Shown here: positions 45,401-54,400 of the stretch, in pieces
How positions within the stretch are numbered: the first letter of the stretch is position 1
Layout of the letters: every line of letters begins with the position of its first letter
Source: Pristiophorus japonicus
Taxonomy: Eukaryota
DNA length: 64,000 nucleotides
Direction: 5' to 3'
Assembly (NCBI RefSeq): GCF_044704955.1
Contig: NC_091998.1
Location: 44,516,001 to 44,580,000, forward strand
The notes under the pieces: generated by a model
Database searches by the model: none
Seen by the model: the letters and a program-made list of their open reading frames with translations, nothing else
What the model was told of the DNA's origin: nothing
Translations under genes and position numbers: made by a program

Positions 45401-48400
45401 TACGTGGCGCAGGTCTAGCCCATCTCGCGCTCCTGCGCCGCGGCAGTTACCCGGGCCGTCTTCCACTTTGTCTGGAGGTCCAAATGGACCGTGTCCGCAG
45501 AGACACGATGTACAAATCTCTGGACAGTGGAGGAAAGGATGTTCCGAACATGGCCCTCATCCTGATGGCCACCTTTGTGTGCGGCTGCATCAAGCTGTGC
45601 ACCGACTCCCGGTACGCAAACACCAAGTGTCACTACGTGCTGAGGTTCTATCTGTGTCCGGTATTGCGAAGGATGGGTCTGGCCACGCTGCCGCGAAACG
45701 CCCCCACCAGTTGCACCATACCTGTCCTTCGTGGAAAAGTTTTTTTAGAAAAAACCCCTTTGACCACAAGGCCTTAAAGAAGTGGTTGGCACGTAAGGTC
45801 CTGGATGCCCTACAAAAGGAGGAGAGGGTGGACCCTGTCGGGTGGTTCCCCGAGCAGACTGTCAAACTCATCTGGCAGAACGTTTCATCGCCAGAGCTTT
45901 CACACAAGCACCAAGACGTAGCTTGGTTGGCGGTGAGGAGGGCCCTACCCGTCAGATCCTTCATGCACAGCCGGGGTTTCAGACACACAGCACTCTACCC
46001 CCGAGTTGGCTGTGGTGTCATCCATCTCCTTCGGGATTGCCCCTTTGCAAGGCAGGTCTGGAAGGAGATGCAGTGGTTGCTGTCGAGGTTCATCCCAAGC
46101 AGCTCCGTAACACAGGACTGAGCTCTACGGGCTGTTCCCAGGGACACACACTGACACAGACATCATCTGCTGCTGGAGGGCCATCAACTCGGTGAAAGAC
46201 GCACTTTGGTCTTGCCGAAACTTGCTGATCTTCCAGAGCAAGGAGATGTCCACGTCTGCGTGTTGCAGACTGGCGCAATCCAAGATCCAGGAGTATGTGC
46301 TGAGGGACGCACTAAAAATTGGTGCAGTCGCCGCAAAGGCACGATGGGGAAGAGCCACGGTTTAAAGCCCTTCCGCCATGGTAAACCCAGGGGCTGGAAT
46401 CAGTATCCCCTCGGGCTGTACTTGTAAACTTTTTGTATACATAGGTTTTTTAAGATCATGGTGCTCTATGTAGTGCCATGAATAATGCAAGTTCTGTTTA
46501 GTAATGTATGTTGCAAAGAAATGTAACTGTACCCTCACCCATTCCGTGTACCGTATAGTGTCACTAGTAAAGTAATTTGATGACTGTATTACAATGTATC
46601 CTGGATTGTACTGAAATATACCTCAAAATGTAAAGCAAGCAAATGTGTTGAACGGAATTGCCATTAGCATCCAAATGTAATGTATGGAATTGCTGCCCGC
46701 ATCCAAATGTACTGAACTGCCTTCCAATGTATTGTGCACATTTTTATATGAATAAAGTATATTTAGAAATTTTAAAAAACTGCAACGGTTCAAGAAGACT
46801 GATCACCACCTTCTCATGGGCAATAAATGCTGGCCTTGTCAGCGACGCCCACATCCCATGGATGGATTTTTTTTTAAAAGATGGAATTGTGGCTGTGCTG
46901 AACCCTGTCCTTCTTGACTCCACATATGCACACTTCCAGGAGAAATCACTGAATACCAATCAGGAGCAGGGGCCTTGTTTTCTTTTTAACATTAACATGG
47001 AACTATGATATTGTGTACCAGGAAGCTGAGGATGGTTCTCATCTCCTTTTATAATTTTTAGAATCTTCTTCTGTGTGTTTGTCCCATTGAATTATGTAAT
47101 TATAGTCCATGGAATGTAGATCTTTTTCTAAGTAACAATTTTACATCATAATGAGCTGATGAAATGAAGAATGGATAGCAACTTACATTTCCCAATATAA
47201 ATGAGGAAAAGAAGATGGAGAGATCTTTGTTTTAAGAAGCCAAACAAAAGAATCCTAGTTCCGAACACACTGCAGGTGAAGTTTAATGGACACCTTATAT
47301 TTTGCAGATTGACCCAATGTTCCAGAAAGCTGCCTCGATGTTTGATGAATGCAGCACAGTGGGGGTTTTCATGGTTAATCTCCAGACGTATGGACACTCT
47401 GCTCAGTTGCTTTTTGATTCAGATGTCAAGCTCATTCAAACTGGTCCTGCACCAGAATTGCCGCCCATTGGCCACGTGGAGATATCTGATCTTGGAGGCA
47501 AGTTTTTTTTTAAATTATCGCTGAATGGTAACATTTCTGTGTCTGCAGAAGTACTTTTACAAGTTTAGTATCCCTAACGATTGTTATCTTATCTTCTCCT
47601 CCCGAAGAGGATAATCTATGCTAATCCACTGTATCCGGTTGCATGCTTCTAGTCACTTACATTAGAATATAATATAGGAAGCAGAAGTAGGATATACGGC
47701 CCCTCGAGCCCGCTTGATTTTCATATACCTTGATTCCCCTAGAGTCAAAAAATCTATCAATCTCGGCCTTGAATATACTCAACGATTCAGCATATACAGC
47801 CCTTTTGGGGTAGAGAATTCCAAAGACTCACAACTGTCTGAGTGAAAAAAACTCAGTCTTAAATGGCCGACCCCTTTTCCTGAGTTCTAGACAGGGGAAA
47901 CAGCATCTATTATCTTCCCAGCTCTCAGCTTCTACCCTGTCAAGCCCTCTCAGTATCTTATATGTTTCAATCAGATTACCTCTATCATTCTTCTAAACTC
48001 CAGAGAGTATAGGCTCAATCTCTCACTCTTGGACCATGATTACACGCTGATTCCGAGTAGCATTTCTGCTTTTGGTGAATCTTTCCAGTTAAGGTTCTCA
48101 GCTCACTGGACTGTAAGTGTCAGTGTGATTGGCTAGAGCAAGTCAGTTTGGGTGATAGCTAAGTCACTGATTAGGTCCACAGTTATTTCTCTAACATGCA
48201 ATTAACAGTCAACTTTCTTTATGTAATGGACAGTACCTGGGGAAGGGCTGGCTCCAGTCTGGTGTGGTAATGTTAATTCATAACTGGTTGCCGGATTAGT
48301 GACCGACGGCCCTGAAATCCGGTGGCGCATTCGACCAGCCCTGGTGTGCCTGCGCTGTCTGGCAGTGATTATAAATCTACCAATGAGTTTTCCCAGCAAA

Positions 48401-51400
48401 TGGTCCTTTTTGTTTCGTCCCTTTAATCTTCCTCTCCGACCTGGCCATAAGTGAAAGCAGCCCTCTGGAAACCGTTCCAGTGGCCATTCTCCGTGCGTGA
48501 GTCTGGACAAGAACAGTCAATATGTATCTCCCAAGGAGGGTATTGGAGTTGACACGTGCCTCGCTCTTCATTACCATCTGTGCATTCGCTCGTAGTTGGC
48601 ATCATTTGTCCTGGGAACTTTGGCTGATGTTTTTTTTTCCCCTTCCTTCTCTCTAGCTTCACGAGAACAGATGTAGGTGTGTGTCACACTTACCTAGGTG
48701 TAGTCCAGTCTGCAACTTGAGTCCTCCTTGTTCTGTCTGGATTGGTGCCTATCACCCAGCACCATTTCTCATGGGGCTATGGGGGTGGTTTAGAGCAGGT
48801 GGCTTTTAACTAATTTTATAGGAGGCATTAGAAGTCACCAATCGAGCAGGTACCAGCCGAACAATCCCAGTTGCAACAAATTATTGATAATGTCCTTTTG
48901 TATAATCATATTAGGACCGAGTGTTGATGCTCACACTGCTGTATTGGATCAGCCTTCTATTGACTCTGGTTACTGGTGTTATCCTTGTGTCTAGACATAT
49001 TGCATGTAACAGGATTGTATTCCATGTGGTTATCTGAAACCTGCCTTATATTTAAATGTGTTTCCATTTAACTTCTGACAGCCCTTCAGCAGTCTCTGGA
49101 AGACAAGATAATCTGTCCTTCATTTGAAGATTTTCAGTTTACAAAGTGGGACAGTGAAGCCCATGATCAGGTAAGGCAAGCACTCTCTCACACTTCTGAC
49201 ATCTTCCCCAGCACTAGTCTCATCATGCTGCTATACATAGGTTAGTAGAATAAACCGTTCTGGCATCTTAGTTTTCTGCAAAAGGAAATGGCTGAGCAGA
49301 ATGTGTTTGCTGCCTTGCTGGCTATTCATATTTAGTGCTGCATATCTCTTGTGGTATTATTGTTCCAGTCTTGTACTGTTGTTCTCAGAACGGGTAAGTG
49401 TAAGACTGACCAGGTGACTAGGAGGGAGAAATCCTTTCTGTTCTGTGGAGGGTGTTTCAGCGAGTGGATTGTGCTTATCTATTTGGTATTGTTTTGAGAG
49501 ACTATAAATTTTAATATTAATCTGACATTTACTTTGTGTATTTTATAAAGTGTTGGTGATCCTCCCGCTCCAGTTCTATCCCCCAACTCATTCAGCTGTC
49601 TTATAGCCCACCATTTTGAGCCCTGTCAATTTTCCTGTTTGTAAGCATGTACCCACAATTGAATATTTCACCGCGTTATCCCGTATCTGCTCGCCAGGCT
49701 GTTACTTCGATGATGGAGAAATTCAAGAAAAGCAGCCACTTATTTGATATCAACGCGGAGCCGGAATTTGCAGATAATCAGCCTGGAGACCGTGATGCTC
49801 GGGTGGATGACTTTGACGGGGATGCTTGTGATGATGATGGATATCTGGCAGATGAGCAGCAAGAAGCCTCCATGTTCGGGAACGGTCACGGCGGGTAAGA
49901 GGAGTGTTTTGCAAGCTCCAGAAACACTGACAGATCACAGCAATTGCTGGTGCTCCCCAGGACTGCAAGTCTAAACCCATTTTTACTCAAAACCCAAGAT
50001 TTTGAGTAAAAATAAGAGGGTTGCTGGTGGATACCCAATCCATGCATTAAATACCCTGAGATGAAACAGTATCACTTGAGATTGAAAATCCGTTCATCTG
50101 AATATTCCTAAATTGGAAGACACTTGATTAACATACTCCATCTTTTTCATAGTAAAGAAGTGATCCCTCTCACAGATGTGGATTTCGACAGCCTATGTGT
50201 GCAGCTTTCAAACCAGCCGGGGGAATATTCCTACTTCAGCCCTAGAATAATGAAGATGTGGGCAGGGCCTAATCACTGGCGTTTCAAAGCTCAGCACAAA
50301 GGTAAGTGTAACAGTGAGTGCACGCGAGTGTGAGTCCTGTTCCAGAGATACGGTAGTGTCAACATGTTTGTTTCACCGTGATTTAATTATTTTCTCCCCC
50401 AAAGTGGGGAGCTGCATTCTCACTAGGAATGTTTAATTGAATGGTGCACTCAAAATCTGTATTAATTTTAAAAATCTTGTCCAGCAAATACTCAAGTCCA
50501 CATTAAAAACAGAAGTGCAGGAGATGTAACTGAGTATGGTGATCGGTGCAGGAATGGTAAAAGTAAAGGGTCTGCTCCTTTAGAATCGCTGACACTTATT
50601 CTACAACACCTACAATAACATTTCTTTTTCTCCCCAGCAGAAGCCAACATGGACAAAAACAAGAAAAAGCAAGCCAAGAAAATATTTGAAATTGACTTCG
50701 ATGGGGATATCAATCTTGAGACTTATTTCAGAGAGACCAGGGTTTGTATATAATATTAGCGTGTGTAGCACAAGGGACTGTTTTTTAAATTTTTTTTATA
50801 CAGGTTAAAAAGTAGACATGACCAGATAAATCAAGAAGTGCAGTGGTTAAGCTTTGGTTTTAAAAAGGTTTAAGAGGAAGGGAAGACAGGGGAAGTTGAG
50901 AAGTTGTGAGTTATTCGGGAAGAATAAAAGATTAGGTGGGTGATAGTGGTGGTGGTGAGGAGGGGGGGGGAGGGGGAAATCGAAAAGTGGGGTGGAGAAA
51001 AGATAAAAGAAAGTTTGAGAGTAATTACAGTGAGAAGTGAGATTATGACACTGGTAGTGGGATTGTATAGTGTATGTGAGATGCAGTGCTGGTACATCCA
51101 AGATGGTCTTTCTACATTGGTGCTTCCTATTCGGTATACCTGCTTCCTTCCCCCGGGATCACCACATTGTATAAACATGTGGAGTATATAGGGCTGTGGT
51201 TTTGTGGTTTGTCTCTTTGATAGAGGGGCTGAGGATCCCTGCATGTAGTGTCAATATTTGGGGTGTGACTTCTTTTAATGTATTGGGGGGGGAGCGTGGG
51301 AGGTGGTGAGAGAGGTTCTATGTATGAACTATTACTGTTGTGCTCTGTTTCTTCTAGACTGCCACAACAATCTCCAAAGCTGCATTAGATCGACACAATA

Positions 51401-54400
51401 GAAAGCTGACGACACTGCCTACAGATTTCCATTACAATCCAGACAACATTACCTGTCTGTTCCTTAAACCTTCTGTCACGGTAAATGAAGCACCTTTTCC
51501 AGTAAATTCAAATAATGAATCGCGCGATCTCAAAACAATCTGTCATATTTCACTTTCGTTGAGTGTTCACAAGTCGAGGCACCTTGGAGAAGCCCAAAAA
51601 CATGGTGCCCGAGAGTACTAGGAGCTGGGCTCAATTCCATACTTCTCCATGTGATGAGTTTCCATTATTAGCTGATCCACTGCGGAGAAGCCAGCTGCTT
51701 TCTTTTAGGGCTGGAAGCTGAGAAGAATGATGACCCTATACCCACAAGTGGCAGGAAGAAGCTCGAGAACAAGTAGCCTGCGCTTGTGGCTAGAATTGTG
51801 ACTTAACAAAAAAATAGAATAAGAGGAAAATTACTTAAATGAGAATGTCTGTCAGATGGGGAGCACGCTCTCGTAAAACTCCCACTACATTGTTACATCA
51901 TGTGCTGCAGGTTAGATACACATGGCTCCGACTCTCTCCCCTCTAACCCCAACTCTAGAGCACCCCTTACTGCACCAATTTGACAGGTAGTTGGTCTTTA
52001 CTCCTAGTTGGGAGGGGTAGTGTGCTCCTTGGAGTATGGGAATAGGGCCCAACTGCTGCATTCTTCAGGGTACTGCAGTGATAAACATTTCACAACTTAT
52101 CCTGTGCCTACAGACTGGATGTTGGTTAGTACATCAGGAGTGGAGTTAAACGATGGACTGTGAAGCATTCTGGTGTGTGTGTATGTGTAAAATAATTCTG
52201 TATTCTCCATTGAATTGTGTATACCTGGCCCAGGAGTGTTTGAGGCTAACACTAATGTTCCCTCTAAGGCTGCGCGGCTGTGCAGTAATGGGGAAGGCTG
52301 CTCACCGCCTTTTACATTGTAAACACCGCGCATGCGCAGAAATTTAAAGGGACCGCACATTAAAAGAAACGGGCTGCGCAGAACAAAGCGCAGCTCACAG
52401 GGAACATTGGCTGACACCCTATGTTCAAGTTAGAGTAAGGGTTCCATTTTCTACTGTTGACTTCCCTCACCTTGATCAGTATGAAACTTTTCACCAAAAT
52501 TGACTGTTTGCAGATAAAGCGGATTGTGAAAGAAAGTATCAACTCGGACCAAGATGAAAGAATCGGGGAATATGATTATAACAACCCCAACGATACTTCA
52601 AACTTCTGCCCTAGAGTTCAGGTCTGTATCTATTGCTTGCACATTCCTCCTGCAGATTTTTCTAAAATGGCCAACATGACCATGAACTACTTGTGACTTT
52701 TTAAATGTTTTTATAAATTCCTTTCTTGGCATCGCTCCCCTTTTTTATTTTTCCGACAGATTGATAGCGATGATGAGCATGATGGGTTTGTTGCTGCAAA
52801 CGACTCCTTTGCGATGGAGCAAGACGAGAATGGCTTGGCGCTAGATGGGAAGGGGTTAAACATCACAACCTATGGAGGAGAAAACCTTGTGGCAGAGCCT
52901 CAGAAAGTAAGTGGGTTAGATAAGAACATAAGAAATAGGAGCAGGAGCAGGAGTAGGCCATACAGCCCCTCGAGCCTGTTCCACCATTAATTAGATCATA
53001 GCTGATTTTCGACCTCAACTCCACTTTCCCGCCTGATCTCCATATTCCCTGATTCACCTAGAGTCCAAAAATCTACCAATCTCAGTCTTGAATATACTCA
53101 CATGATTCAGCCCTTTGGGTTAAAGAATTCCAAAGTCTCAAAACCCTATGAGTGAAGAAATTTCTTCTCATTGCAGTCCTAAATAGCTGACCCCTTATCC
53201 CCCCCTAATTCTCGACTCTCCAACCATGTGAAACAACCTTTCAGCATCTACCCTGTGAATCCCCCTCAGAATCTTGTATGTTTCAATGTGATCACCTCTC
53301 ATTCTCCTAAACTTCAGAGAGTATGGGCCCATTCTACACAATCTCTCCTCATAGGGCAGCCCTCTCCTCCCAGGAATCAATCCAGTGAACCCTTTGTTGC
53401 ACCGTTTCTAAGGCAAGTATACCCATCCTCGGGTAAGGAGACCAATACTGTGCATCGTACTCCCAGAAGTGGTCTCACCAAAGCCCTGTACATTTATAGC
53501 AAGATTTCCTTACTCTTGTAGAGTTGCATGCTGTAGTCTAGACTGCAAAGCTACATGGCTGTGTATTCAGGCAGTGTAGGGGACTGGCTCCTGTGTGCGT
53601 GGTTGGAGTAGAAATACTTAGTCTTGAGGTTTCAGCAGGCCCTGCATTGGAAAATAAGAGCTGCTGGCAAATGTTCTTATTGTGGGGATGTGTGACAATG
53701 CGCCAACCTGACTCACTTATAACAAGGAAGAGGGGCATATGCCGCAGAAAGTCCAGGTTTGATCACTGAAGTTTCTTATTGGAGTATGGCCCGCTGATTC
53801 TACTACACAAAGGGTCACTGTGTTAGACACTTAGGGCCCAAGTTTCCACAAGAAAGAAAACGGGCGCCTGCGCCTAAAACGGCGCCTAAAAAAATCCTCG
53901 GTATTCTCCACCTACTTACAGGTCCTCTGGCCCTCGGCGCAGCCAGCACGAGCTGTGGGGAGGGGGCGGAGCCAGGTCCCTGCGCTGAAAACAGTGCCGG
54001 GACCTCTGCACATGCGCGCTACAGTCGGCACGCAAGTGCAGTAGCTCCAGGCACCGAACTGTGTGGGAGGGGCCCGAAGCACGCAGCCCCTAGCCCTGGC
54101 TGAATGGCCTCACTGGGGCTGCGTGAATAAGGCTCCTCCCCCGACCGGACCCGACACCCGCTCCCCCCTGCCTCCGGACCAGACCCGACCCGACACCCGC
54201 TCCCCCCCCGCCCCGCCGACCAGACCCGACCCGACACCCGCTCCCCCTCCCACCCCATCGCTGACCAGACCCGACCCNNNNNNNNNNNNNNNNNNNNNNN
54301 NNNNNNNNNNNNNNNNNNNNNNNNNNNNNNNNNNNNNNNNNNNNNNNNNNNNNNNNNNNNNNNNNNNNNNNNNNNNNNNNNNNNNNNNNNNNNNNNNNNN

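Larger units (their letters stand above)
39999..46779 (+). mobile_element. Composite Tx1-clade non-LTR retrotransposon with U2/U1 snRNA-derived tandem 5' leader
   Basis: Leader 39999-41091, ORF1 from 41403, ORF2 43019-46365, 3' UTR with AATAAA 46751-46756 and A tail to 46779; flanked on both sides by halves of one older repeat. Confidence 0.88.

Noticed and set aside
40994-46800. Ordinary Keno insertion into a genomic U2 gene
   Set aside because: The A tail at 46779 is followed by an unrelated LINE tail, not by the U2 continuation TCTGTTCTTATCAG
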